The notes beneath the pieces are model-generated. The model did no database searches and was not told the DNA's origin. It worked only from the letters and a program-made list of their open reading frames with translations. 64,000 nt of DNA. It comes from Acidobacteriota bacterium (lineage in GTDB: Bacteria > Acidobacteriota > Vicinamibacteria > Fen-336 > JAGNNV01). Below are positions 17,423 through 26,748 of this stretch, piece by piece. The DNA lies in contig JAQBHL010000041.1 of assembly GCA_032127745.1 (NCBI GenBank), positions 10,230 to 74,229 on the forward strand, written 5' to 3'. Made by a program: the position numbers and the translations under genes. The first letter of the stretch is position 1, and each line of letters begins with the position of its first letter.

Positions 17423-18211
17423 ATGACCGAGAACCTCCAGCCTCAAGAAGACCAAGCCGAGCTCTTCTCTCTGTTCGCGGGAGAGGTGCGCGACTCCAAG
17501 GGTCGAGGACGATGGTTCTCGGTGTCGGTGGGGCTTCACAGCGCTCTGGTCCTGGCTCTGCTCCTGTCTCCCCTCTTCTACCCGGACGAGAGTCCGCCGC
17601 CGGTCGACTACCTTCGGGTCCTGATCTACAATCCGCCCCCGCCCCCGCCCCCGCCGCTGCCCCGGGGCGCCTCGAGCAAGCCGGTCGAAAGGGCCCCGGA
17701 AAAAACGGGGGCCAAGCCTCCCGATCCGGACGTTCTGGTGGAACCGGTCCTGCCGGAGGATCCCAAGCCGATTGAACCGGAGAAGGGCATCGACCCCCTG
17801 AAGCTGTTCGGCGTGGAGAATGGTTCGGATGCCGGATCCGAGGCTGGCATGGAGGCCGGGGTCGAGGGCGGAACCGTGGGGGGAACCCTTGGCGGCACCC
17901 TCGGCGGCGTGTTCGGCGGCACCGGTGACAGCCCGGTCATGGACTACGACCAGCCCCCCCGCCTCCTGAAACAGACCCGGCCGGTCTATCCGCAGGAAGC
18001 GTTCATCAAAAAGATCGAAGGCGTCGTAACCCTGGAGATTCTCATCGGGGTGGACGGCAAGGTGCGCCGGGCGCGCGTGTTGCGGTCCGTCCCGCAGCTC
18101 GACGCCGCGGCCCTCCAGACCGTCCGGCAGTGGGTCTTTGCCCCCGCCATCAAGGGCGGGCGCCCGGTGCCGACGACAGCGCAGGCTCCGGTGAGCTTCC
18201 GAATCTACTGA
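17423..18211 (+). CDS. TonB-family energy transducer (stand-alone)
   Basis: An N-terminal TM, a Pro-rich spacer (PPPPPPPPLP) and a C-terminal TonB domain ..YPQEAFIKKIEGVVTLEILIGVDGKVRRARVLRS... The start is taken at Met14; the listed start is 17384. Confidence 0.75.
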   Translation: MTENLQPQEDQAELFSLFAGEVRDSKGRGRWFSVSVGLHSALVLALLLSPLFYPDESPPPVDYLRVLIYNPPPPPPPPLPRGASSKPVERAPEKTGAKPPDPDVLVEPVLPEDPKPIEPEKGIDPLKLFGVENGSDAGSEAGMEAGVEGGTVGGTLGGTLGGVFGGTGDSPVMDYDQPPRLLKQTRPVYPQEAFIKKIEGVVTLEILIGVDGKVRRARVLRSVPQLDAAALQTVRQWVFAPAIKGGRPVPTTAQAPVSFRIY

Positions 18212-18385
18212 GGCTCTCGAGGGGCGCGCCCGTCCTCTGCGGAGGCTAAAGGTGTCCACGACCCGGGACAGGGTCAGGCCCAAGTCCTCAGGGCAGGGGC
18301 GTCCGGCCGTGGCGCGTCTTTTGCTCTGACCGACTTGCCGTGACCTAATATGAGACTGTCTTTTTTTTCTGAGGAGCGCCTCTCG

Positions 18386-18814
18386 ATGACGCGATTCCGC
18401 TTTCTTCTTGCCACCTGTCTTCTTCTCTCCGTCTCTCCGGCCCATGCCGACGATACGAAGGATGCCAAGAAGGAAATTGCCTTCGGCATCAATGTCGCTC
18501 GGCGCGGACTCTGGCATGAAGCGCGATTCCGATTCGAGCGGGCGGCGGCGAAAAATCCGGACTCGGCTTCGGCTTTCAATAATCTCGGGGTCACCCTCGA
18601 GCAGCAAGGGGAGTTCGAAAAGGCACGGGCGGCCTACGAGCGCGCTTTGCAGCTGGAGCCCAAGAACCTCTCCATCCAACAGAACTACGATCTGTTCCGC
18701 GAAGCCGACGAGAAGCGGAACCGCAAGCTTAAGAAGGACGCGACGCCCCCGAAGGCGACGCCCACCCCTGACCCCGCGGCTCCCATAGGACCCGCAGTGG
18801 AGACGGTTCGATGA
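18386..18814 (+). CDS. Secreted TPR-repeat protein
   Basis: Signal peptide MTRFRFLLATCLLLSVSPAHA then ..AFNNLGVTLEQQGEFEKARAAYERALQLEPKN... A GAGGAG RBS lies 9 nt upstream of ATG 18386. Confidence 0.7.
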   Translation: MTRFRFLLATCLLLSVSPAHADDTKDAKKEIAFGINVARRGLWHEARFRFERAAAKNPDSASAFNNLGVTLEQQGEFEKARAAYERALQLEPKNLSIQQNYDLFREADEKRNRKLKKDATPPKATPTPDPAAPIGPAVETVR

Positions 18815-19554
18815 GTAGTCCAGTTCGCTTCCTCGGCCTCGCGGCTCTCATTGCTTCCGGCTGCGCCTCCGCTCTCGAGGTCCCTATCGAGACGCCGCTC
18901 AAGTCGAAGCTTGACGTCTCCAAGTTCCGCCGGGTCCTGGTGGCCGGTTTCGTCACGGACCTGGTGGATGATGGCATCGACCTCTCCCCCGAGACCTCTC
19001 GCCTTCTCCAGAACCAGCTCCGATCCGCATCGAAGCTCCAGGTGCTTGAACCCGATCGGCCCCCCTTGAACCAGGAACTGGCGAAGGCCTTCAAGCCGTC
19101 GGAAGATGTTCGAGTCACGCGGGAGGATCGGGACCGTTACCGGGCGGCGGGCGAACGGATCCTGGGTGACGGCGCTTTCTGGAGGAAACTCGGAGAGGAG
19201 TACCAGAACCCTCTGATCGTGACCGGCAAGCTCGCCTTCGAGGAGCAGAATCGAGCCGGGTTTCAGCAGGAGTCGTCCCTGGCTCGCGATAACCGGGGCC
19301 GCGTACGCGAGGTTCGAGGCAATCGGTACGCGGAGCGGAAGGCTTTCACTCTGTCCGCTGATTTTTCTTTCATCGACGGGTCCACCGGCCGGCTGCTCCA
19401 CAAGGAGCGGTTTTCGGAAGAGGTGGTCTACGGGGAGGAACAGAAGGTCTCTCCCTTGTCTTCCTACTTCGAACTTATGGACCGCCTTTTGCCGAATTTC
19501 CTGGGCGTGATCTCGCCTCAGAAGATCCGGGGAACCCGGGTCCTGATCCCCTGA
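18811..19554 (+). CDS. Hypothetical lipoprotein
   Basis: Lipobox ..LIASGCAS... Its ATG overlaps the upstream stop (ATGA). I recognise no family. Confidence 0.65.
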   Translation: MSSPVRFLGLAALIASGCASALEVPIETPLKSKLDVSKFRRVLVAGFVTDLVDDGIDLSPETSRLLQNQLRSASKLQVLEPDRPPLNQELAKAFKPSEDVRVTREDRDRYRAAGERILGDGAFWRKLGEEYQNPLIVTGKLAFEEQNRAGFQQESSLARDNRGRVREVRGNRYAERKAFTLSADFSFIDGSTGRLLHKERFSEEVVYGEEQKVSPLSSYFELMDRLLPNFLGVISPQKIRGTRVLIP

Positions 19555-19637
19555 GTCACTGAAGACCGGGAGCCCGAGCGCCAAAGCCGCCTTTTTCGAG
19601 TCGACGCCTTCTGAGGATGACGATGACCCTGAGCTTC

Positions 19638-22571
19638 ATGAAACGACCGCTGCGGCTGGCCGCGCTGGGCGTGCTGGCCACCCTGCTGGCCCCCATGGCC
19701 TTCGCCCAGTACATCCCGTACTTCGGGAAGAACAAGGTGAACTACGACAAGTTCGCGTGGCGCGTGTACAAGAGTCCCCACTTCGAGGTTTACTACTACC
19801 CCGAGTTTGAACAGCATCTGGGACGGCTCGTCTCCTACCTTGAGAGCAGCTATCAGCATGTGTCCTCGGAGCTCAAGCACGAAATCCAGTCGTCGATCCC
19901 GGTGGTCTTCTACAAGACCCACTCCGAGTTCGAGCAGACCAACCTCTTTCCCGATTTCGTGCCCGACCAGGTGCAGGCCTTCTCCGAGTCCATCCGCAAT
20001 CGGATGGTCATCCCGGTGGACGGCGCTCCCGATCGTCTCCAGGGGCTCATCACTCACGAGTTGACCCATATCTTTGAATTCGACCTGATCCCTCGGGGGC
20101 TGGTGTCGCGCGGCATACCGCTGTGGGTCGATGAGGGCCTCGCCGACTACCTCCGCGGGGACTGGGACTCGCACGATCTGATGACGGTCCGGGACGCGGC
20201 CCTCAACGATCAGATCCCCCGCATGTCGAAGATGCAGGTGGCGGGAGGTCGGGTCGACTACAACCTCGGTCACGCCACCTTCGATTTCATGGCCGCCCGC
20301 TTCGGCAAGGAAGGCATCCGCCAGTTCCTCTACACCCTGCGCAAGAGCATCATCAGCACCTCCAGCGACAGCGTGTACCAGCAGGCCTTCCGGATGACCC
20401 CGAAGGAGTTCGACGAGGCCTTCGAGAAGTGGGTCAAGGAGCGCTTCAAGCCTTTTCGCGACCGCCAGCGGCCGACGGACTACGGCTCGGAAATCTCTCC
20501 TGATCCGGAGAAGACCTCCTATTCGCAGGTCTATGCCTTCGCCCCTTCCCCTTCCGGAGAGGTGGTTGCGGCCATCACGGGAAACCGCAATGACGGGGAG
20601 GCCGACATCGTGGTCCTGTCCACCAAGGATGGATCGGTGGTGAAGAATCTCACCAAGGGCTACACCGGCAGGTACGAGAACATTACCTTCCCCGGCGAAG
20701 GCTTCGTCACCGGTCGAACCATCGACTTCTCCCCCAACGGCGACGCGGTGGCTTTCATCGGAAGAACCGGAAAGAAGCGGAGTCTGTTCCTGGTTTCGCC
20801 GCTCTCCGGCGACATCATCAACAGGGTCTCGCTCGATCTCGACGAAGTGGAGTCTCCCTGCATTCTTCCCAACGGGAAGCAGGCGCTCGTGGCCGCCACC
20901 AAGGAGGGAGTGGCCGACATCTACCTGGTGAACCTCGAGACCGGGGAATACAAGAATCTCACCGACGACGCTTTCTTCGACGCCAACCCGCGCATTTCTC
21001 CGGACGGGACCCTGGTGGTCTACAACCGAAGGATCAGCGGAAACAACAAGATCGTGATGTTCCCGCTTGGCAATCCCTCACGGCGCATCGACCTGACCTT
21101 CGGACCCTTCGCCGATTTGGCGCCGTATTTCTCCAGCGATGGCGCGGAGGTGCTCTATTCATCGGACGAAGATGACGGGATCTACAACCTTCGAAGCATC
21201 AACATCAAGACCGGGGTGATCAAGCAGTTCACCGACACGCTGGGCGGGAACATGGCGCCCGCGCCCTTGACCTCCGAAACCGGCGATCGCATCGGTTTCA
21301 TCTCCTACTTCAAGGGCCGATACCAGCTCTACAGCCTCGACCCCTCGGAACCGACTCGCGAGGTGGAACAAACCGTTTCCATAGCACCCAACGAGGTCGT
21401 CGATTTCGAGCCGGACGTGACCCATCAGGTGGTGGCTGAGAACAAGCGACGGAAACGGCTGTTCGAAGGACTCTACCTGGAGGGCCGACCGCCGTTGAAT
21501 ATCGGAGTCACCTCCAATGGGGACTTCTTCGGAGGCACGCAGGTGGCGCTCACCGATGTCCTGGGCGACCAGGCCATATTGTTCACGGCGAGTTCGGTTC
21601 GCGAATTCCGGAACTACGAGGCCCTGTACGCAAACCGCTCGTCGCGGTGGAACTGGGGCGTCGTGGCCTCCGACTTCACCAGGTATTACTTCTCGCCCTA
21701 CAATTATTCACTCTCCTATACGCGCGAGGGCGCGATCGCCACCGAACGCTACACCGGCGCCGTCGGCTTCGCGACCTACCCCTTGGACAAGTTCAACCGG
21801 ATTCAGGTTTCCGCGGGCTACTCGCGAGTCAAGACCGGGTATCAGGATCCCCTGATTCAGGAGCAGATCCTTCAGCAGGCCGCCCAGCTTGGGCAGACGG
21901 TTCCCCTCTACAATGGCAGCGCGCTGCCGGTGACGATCGGCTACACCCGAGAGACAACCCGCTTTCGGGAGTTCGGACCTTTGGCGGGTTCAACCGTCAA
22001 TATGTCCTTTGAGTACTCACCACCGGTCGGATCGTTCCTTTCTCGAAATACGCTGGAGGTCGACGCCCGGAAGTATCTGCGCGTGGGGGGGACGTCGATG
22101 CTCCTGGCCACCCGCATTCGCGGCTTCAGGTCAACCGGAGATCAGCCTCGCTTGTTTGGCTTTGGCGGAAACATGGAGTTGCGGGGCTACAACTACCTCT
22201 CCTTTGTCGGTTCCGAGGGCTTCTTCGCCAACGCCGAGCTCCGAATCCCGCTGATCGACGTGATGCTGACCCCTATCGGGCTGCTCGGGCCCGTGAGGGG
22301 CACTTTCTTTGGCGGGGTAGGCGGCGCCCACTATCCGGGCGAGCCTTTCAAGTTCTGGACCAACGAGCCGGGCCTGTCTTTCGTCAACGATCCTCTATTC
22401 GGTCAGCCCGTGACCGGCCGAAGACTGGTGGACGGCCGCGGCTCGTTTGGGGTGAGCATCGAGGCCTTCTTGCTGGGCCTCCCTATGCACTTCGACTGGA
22501 GCTGGTTCACCGATCTGCAGGTTCGAAGCACATCGTCGCGGTTCCAGTTCTGGATCGGCTACGACTTCTAG
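19638..22571 (+). CDS. Omp85-family outer-membrane protein with N-terminal HExxH metallopeptidase-like domain and PD40 beta-propeller repeats
   Basis: Signal peptide MKRPLRLAALGVLATLLAPMAFAQ (listed start 19617). HELTH..WVDEG gluzincin-like motif. Repeated ..SPDG../..SPNG.. TolB-like blades. The C-terminus ..FGFGGNMELRGYNY..FFANAELRIPL.. ends ..FWIGYDF. Confidence 0.8.
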   Translation: MKRPLRLAALGVLATLLAPMAFAQYIPYFGKNKVNYDKFAWRVYKSPHFEVYYYPEFEQHLGRLVSYLESSYQHVSSELKHEIQSSIPVVFYKTHSEFEQTNLFPDFVPDQVQAFSESIRNRMVIPVDGAPDRLQGLITHELTHIFEFDLIPRGLVSRGIPLWVDEGLADYLRGDWDSHDLMTVRDAALNDQIPRMSKMQVAGGRVDYNLGHATFDFMAARFGKEGIRQFLYTLRKSIISTSSDSVYQQAFRMTPKEFDEAFEKWVKERFKPFRDRQRPTDYGSEISPDPEKTSYSQVYAFAPSPSGEVVAAITGNRNDGEADIVVLSTKDGSVVKNLTKGYTGRYENITFPGEGFVTGRTIDFSPNGDAVAFIGRTGKKRSLFLVSPLSGDIINRVSLDLDEVESPCILPNGKQALVAATKEGVADIYLVNLETGEYKNLTDDAFFDANPRISPDGTLVVYNRRISGNNKIVMFPLGNPSRRIDLTFGPFADLAPYFSSDGAEVLYSSDEDDGIYNLRSINIKTGVIKQFTDTLGGNMAPAPLTSETGDRIGFISYFKGRYQLYSLDPSEPTREVEQTVSIAPNEVVDFEPDVTHQVVAENKRRKRLFEGLYLEGRPPLNIGVTSNGDFFGGTQVALTDVLGDQAILFTASSVREFRNYEALYANRSSRWNWGVVASDFTRYYFSPYNYSLSYTREGAIATERYTGAVGFATYPLDKFNRIQVSAGYSRVKTGYQDPLIQEQILQQAAQLGQTVPLYNGSALPVTIGYTRETTRFREFGPLAGSTVNMSFEYSPPVGSFLSRNTLEVDARKYLRVGGTSMLLATRIRGFRSTGDQPRLFGFGGNMELRGYNYLSFVGSEGFFANAELRIPLIDVMLTPIGLLGPVRGTFFGGVGGAHYPGEPFKFWTNEPGLSFVNDPLFGQPVTGRRLVDGRGSFGVSIEAFLLGLPMHFDWSWFTDLQVRSTSSRFQFWIGYDF

Positions 22572-22671
22572 CCTCCCCAACTGCCGGAAGCCTGGCCGGA
22601 AAAGAAGTTCGTCGGCGCGGCCGCGTTAGGGTAGAATCACGGGCTCTATTTGAGTCTAGACGGAGGCTACC

Positions 22672-22989
22672 TTGGTTTACGCAATCGTCCGCTCCGGCGG
22701 GAAACAGTACCGTGCCGAACCTGGAGCGAAGCTTCAGGTCGATCGGCTTGAGAACAAGGTCGGCGACAAGATCACGTTCTCGGATGTCCTGCTGGTCAGC
22801 ACCGATGCGGGCGTCTCCGCCGGTAACCCGGTTTCGGGCGCTTCCGTGAGCGCCACCGTGGTCGCCCAGATTCGCGACACCAAGGTGCGCGTTTTCAAGT
22901 TCAAGCGCCGCAAGCACTACAAGAAGACGCGCGGCCACCGTCAGTACCTCACGACCGTCCTCGTCGATGTCGACGGCGTCCAGGCCTAA
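22672..22989 (+). CDS. rplU: 50S ribosomal protein L21
   Basis: [15 protein letters not shown]..; TTG start after GGAGG. Confidence 0.95.
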   Translation: MVYAIVRSGGKQYRAEPGAKLQVDRLENKVGDKITFSDVLLVSTDAGVSAGNPVSGASVSATVVAQIRDTKVRVFKFKRRKHYKKTRGHRQYLTTVLVDVDGVQA

Positions 22990-23003
22990 GGAGATCCAGA
23001 AAA

Positions 23004-23264
23004 ATGGCTACCAATAAGGGCGGCGGATCCTCTCGCAACGGGCGCGACTCGAATTCCCAACGCCTTGGGGTCAAGGCATTTGGCGGCGAGCTGGTCTCGG
23101 GCGGAAGCATCATCGTTCGACAGAAGGGCACGGGTTTCAAGCCCGGCCGGAACGCGGGCCTGGGCCGGGACCACAGTGTCTTCGCCAAAGTGAGCGGCCA
23201 CGTGCTCTTCGAAGATCACGGCGGACGGGGAAAGTTCATCAGCATCGTGCCGGTCGAGGCTTAA
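23004..23264 (+). CDS. rpmA: 50S ribosomal protein L27
   Basis: [24 protein letters not shown].. Confidence 0.95.
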   Translation: MATNKGGGSSRNGRDSNSQRLGVKAFGGELVSGGSIIVRQKGTGFKPGRNAGLGRDHSVFAKVSGHVLFEDHGGRGKFISIVPVEA

Positions 23265-23329
23265 GCGCTTTCCGAAGCGCCTCAAAACCCTCAGTCGAGG
23301 GCTGAAAGCTTCGGTCCAGGGTCTCCACA

Positions 23330-24340
23330 GTGTTCGTCGACCGCGTCAAGATATTCGTAAAGGGCGGCGATGGCGGCCGCGGCTGTTCGAGCTTCCGGCG
23401 CGAGGCCTATGTGCCCATGGGCGGTCCTGATGGCGGCAACGGAGGGGCGGGCGGCCACGTGATCCTGGTGGGTCGGGTCAACCAGAACACCCTCCTGCCG
23501 CTTCGCTTCCATACCGAGTTTCGGGCCAAACGGGGCGGGCACGGCGGGCCGAGCAACCGAACCGGCCGGGACGCCCGCGACACTCGTATCGATGTGCCTC
23601 TGGGGACCATCGTCCGCGAGGAAGGAACAGACCTCGTGATGGGCGAGGTGATAGCGGACAAAGAGGAGCTCCTGATCGCCAGGGGCGGTCGCGGCGGCCG
23701 CGGGAACAAGAGCTATCTCTCGAACACGAACCGCGCGCCCCGAAATGCCGACCCGGGAGAAGCGGGGGAGGAACACTGGCTCTGGCTCGACCTGAAGCTC
23801 CTGGCCGACGTCGGTCTGGTGGGCCTGCCCAACGCTGGAAAATCGACGTTACTGTCCAAGATTTCCGCCGCCAAGCCGAAGATCGCGGACTATCCGTTCA
23901 CCACCCTCACTCCGGTTCTTGGCATGGCCTCCTGGGATGACACGGATTTCGTGGTCGCCGATGTGCCCGGGATCATCGAGGGGGCGTCCACTGGGTCCGG
24001 TCTGGGTCTTGACTTCCTGAGACACATCGAGCGAACGCGGGTGATCGCGCATGTGATCGACGCCTCAGGCCTCTCGGGCCGAGACCCCATTGCCGACCAC
24101 GATACCGTCCGCCGCGAACTCGACGCCTTTTCGCCCGCCCTGTCGAGCCGTCCCCGGGTCATCGTGGCCAGCAAACGCGATCTCGTCCGGGAAGAAGATG
24201 ACCCGCTCCCCGCCATCCGGGCCATCGCGAAGCGAGACGGCCTGGAGTTGTTCGAGGTTTCGGCCGCCACGGGCCAGGGCCTCAAGGAGCTCACGCAATA
24301 CCTCGCGGAGGCCCTTCGGGTTCCGCAGGAAGTGGCCTGA
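23330..24340 (+). CDS. obg: GTPase Obg/CgtA
   Basis: MFVDRVKIFVKGGDGGRGCSSFRRE.. Gly-rich Obg fold followed by a GTPase domain (GLPNAGKST). Confidence 0.95.
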   Translation: MFVDRVKIFVKGGDGGRGCSSFRREAYVPMGGPDGGNGGAGGHVILVGRVNQNTLLPLRFHTEFRAKRGGHGGPSNRTGRDARDTRIDVPLGTIVREEGTDLVMGEVIADKEELLIARGGRGGRGNKSYLSNTNRAPRNADPGEAGEEHWLWLDLKLLADVGLVGLPNAGKSTLLSKISAAKPKIADYPFTTLTPVLGMASWDDTDFVVADVPGIIEGASTGSGLGLDFLRHIERTRVIAHVIDASGLSGRDPIADHDTVRRELDAFSPALSSRPRVIVASKRDLVREEDDPLPAIRAIAKRDGLELFEVSAATGQGLKELTQYLAEALRVPQEVA

Positions 24341-24345
24341 GGCCC

Positions 24346-24900
24346 ATGCGAGTGGGTTTACTGGGCGGTTCCTTTGATCCTGTTCACTACGGTCATCTGC
24401 GGGCCGCACAGTGGTCGCTCGAGAATTTCGACCTCGCGGAGGTTTGGCTCGTGCCGGCTCGGCAATCGCCCTTCAAGGGCCCGGCCATCGCCTCCGGAGA
24501 GGATCGGCGCGCCATGTTGACCCTCGCCACCACCGACCACGAGGCGCTGCGGGTTGAAGAGTGCGAGTTGGGTCGGGCGGCGCCCAGCTACACCGTCGAC
24601 ACGCTCCGAGCCCTGACCGAAAAATCGCCCGGGGACAAGTTCGTTCTGATCCTCGGCTCGGACGCGGCCGCGGGTTTCGATCTGTGGCGCAGCGTCGCGG
24701 AAGTGCGGCGCCTCGCGGAAATCCGGATTCTCCGCCGGCCCGGAGATGTCCCGGCCGGCGATGGCTCGGAAGCGGCCTTTGATGGACTCTCCATTTCCTC
24801 CACCGATCTTCGGAAGACCATCAAGGAAGGGCGGTCCATTCGCTATCTCGCTCCCGAGGGCGTGCGGCATTACATCGAGGAGAAGGGGCTTTACAAGTGA
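24346..24900 (+). CDS. nadD: Nicotinate-nucleotide adenylyltransferase
   Basis: GLLGGSFDPVHYGHL (HxGH). Confidence 0.9.
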   Translation: MRVGLLGGSFDPVHYGHLRAAQWSLENFDLAEVWLVPARQSPFKGPAIASGEDRRAMLTLATTDHEALRVEECELGRAAPSYTVDTLRALTEKSPGDKFVLILGSDAAAGFDLWRSVAEVRRLAEIRILRRPGDVPAGDGSEAAFDGLSISSTDLRKTIKEGRSIRYLAPEGVRHYIEEKGLYK

Positions 24901-25241
24901 ACGCCATGGACTACTGTCGGACCGCTGCCCGGGCGGCCCTGGCCAAGCAGGCCGAGGATGTCGTCGTGCTCGAACTGGCCGAGGGTTCGGGCCTGGCCGA
25001 TGGTTTCGTGATCGCGACCGGCCGCAACCAGAGGCAGGTCGTGGCCGTCGTCGACGCGATCGAAGAGAAACTCCGCCTGGAGGGGGTCAAACCCCGCCAT
25101 CTTGAGGGCTATCCCCGGCGGGAGTGGATCCTGATGGACTACGGCCCGTTCGTGGTCCACATCTTCACTCCCAAAAGCCGTGAGTTCTACGACCTGGAGC
25201 GACTCTGGGGCGGGGCCCGGCGCGAGGAGGTCAGGGATTGA
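24897..25241 (+). CDS. rsfS: Ribosomal silencing factor RsfS (Iojap)
   Basis: ..VVLEL..GLADGFVIATGRNQRQV..DYGPFVVHIF.. Overlaps the nadD stop. Confidence 0.9.
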   Translation: MNAMDYCRTAARAALAKQAEDVVVLELAEGSGLADGFVIATGRNQRQVVAVVDAIEEKLRLEGVKPRHLEGYPRREWILMDYGPFVVHIFTPKSREFYDLERLWGGARREEVRD

Positions 25242-26176
25242 GCCCTGAACCCATGATCGCCGCGTCGAAGGCCATGCTGGCCATCGAGTCCAGCCTGCCC
25301 CGAATCGCGGCCGCTACCGCGCCGGTGGTGATCGAGGGCGAGACCGGTTCCGGCAAGGGCCGGATCGCAGAAGCGCTGCATGGTCTGAGTCTGAGGCGAG
25401 AGGGTCCCTACGAGGTTCTCTCCTGCGGTGCGATCGCCGAATCGCTGGCCGACTCCGAGTTCTTTGGGCACGGGCGGGGAGCCTTCACCCATGCCTTCGA
25501 AGCGCAGGGCGGGAGGTTGGAACGGGCCCATGGGGGAACCCTGGTGCTCGACCATGTCGAGGACCTCGCTCCGGCCATCCAGGCGAAGCTCCTGCGCGCC
25601 ATCGAGGATGGGAAGATCCAGAGGCTGGGCGAGAGTTCGGAGCGTCAGGTGGATGTGCGCTACGTGGCCACCTCCCGCGGGCCACTGAAGGACGCGGTCG
25701 CGCTCGGGACGTTCCGGGACGATCTTTACCATCGCCTTTCCGTGATCACCATACCGGTGCCCCCCCTGCGGGAGAGGATCGAGGACATTCTTCCCCTGGC
25801 CACGGCCTTTCTGGCCGCGGAACGGCGCCGGTCGCGAACACAGGCCGACGGTTTCTCCGACCGGGCGCGACGGATCCTTGAAAGCTATGCCTGGCCCGGG
25901 AACGTGCGCGAACTCCAGTCGGCGATCGAACGGGCAGCCCTGCGCCACGAGGGCGACGGGGTGCTCGATGCGGCCGCGTTCCCCGCGCATCTGCTGACCG
26001 CGGAGACGGTCATTCGCTCGTTCGGATCCGTCCAGCCCACGCTAAAGGAAGTGGAACGAACCTACATATCGTGGGTGCTCGAGAACTCTAGAGGCACGAA
26101 GGCCGAGGCGGCCCGGACGCTTGGCATCTCGCGCAAATCGCTCTGGGAGAAGTGCAAACGTTTCGGGATCGCCTGA
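25238..26176 (+). CDS. PspF-like sigma-54 enhancer-binding protein (AAA+ plus HTH, no regulatory domain) with degenerate GAFTGA and Walker B motifs
   Basis: GETGSGKG Walker A, ..GAFTHA.., ..LVLDHVEDL.., ..FRDDLYHRLSV.., ..WPGNVRELQSAIERA.., C-terminal Fis-type HTH. A TTG start overlaps the rsfS TGA (TTGA). Confidence 0.85.
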   Translation: MSPEPMIAASKAMLAIESSLPRIAAATAPVVIEGETGSGKGRIAEALHGLSLRREGPYEVLSCGAIAESLADSEFFGHGRGAFTHAFEAQGGRLERAHGGTLVLDHVEDLAPAIQAKLLRAIEDGKIQRLGESSERQVDVRYVATSRGPLKDAVALGTFRDDLYHRLSVITIPVPPLRERIEDILPLATAFLAAERRRSRTQADGFSDRARRILESYAWPGNVRELQSAIERAALRHEGDGVLDAAAFPAHLLTAETVIRSFGSVQPTLKEVERTYISWVLENSRGTKAEAARTLGISRKSLWEKCKRFGIA

Positions 26177-26229
26177 GCCGCAAGGCGACGCCGGGTGGAA
26201 AGAAGATCATCAAGGAGAGAAGATCGGAC

Positions 26230-26583
26230 ATGGATTCAAAGACGCTCAAGATCTATCGGAAGCGCCTCGTCGAACAGAAGACCGACATAACCAAGGGTTA
26301 TGACAACACCCGCTCTCAAGGTAAGCAGGTCGATTCGGACGTGTACCACGATCCCGTCGATAAAGCCGCCAACTCCTACACCAAGGAATTCCTGTTCAGC
26401 CTCTCGAACAAGGAACGCGATGAGATTCAGATGATCGATGACGCGATCGTCCGAATCGACGAGAAGCGCTTTGGCGCCTGCGTGGTTTGCGGCGATGACG
26501 TGGAAAGAAAGCGCCTGGAGGCGGTCCCCTGGGCCAAGCACTGCCTCAGTTGTCAGGAAAAGATCGAAGCGGGAATCATCTAG
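26230..26583 (+). CDS. DksA/TraR-family C4 zinc-finger protein
   Basis: ..CVVCGDDVERKRLEAVPWAKHCLSCQ.. Start at ATG 26230 (AGGAGAGA RBS), downstream of the listed 26152. Confidence 0.8.
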   Translation: MDSKTLKIYRKRLVEQKTDITKGYDNTRSQGKQVDSDVYHDPVDKAANSYTKEFLFSLSNKERDEIQMIDDAIVRIDEKRFGACVVCGDDVERKRLEAVPWAKHCLSCQEKIEAGII

Positions 26584-26748
26584 TGTCCTGCCTCGTAAGT
26601 ACGTGGCACATGCGAGGGTCGAGGCGCCCGGAGCGCAAGGCGCCGAGGCGGCCGCATATCCAGCATAGGCAAGGAGCGCGAAGCCTGCCCTCGGGGCACG
26701 AGCAACGCCGCGATCCGGGATGCATCGGCGGTCCCAGGTGACGCGTAC

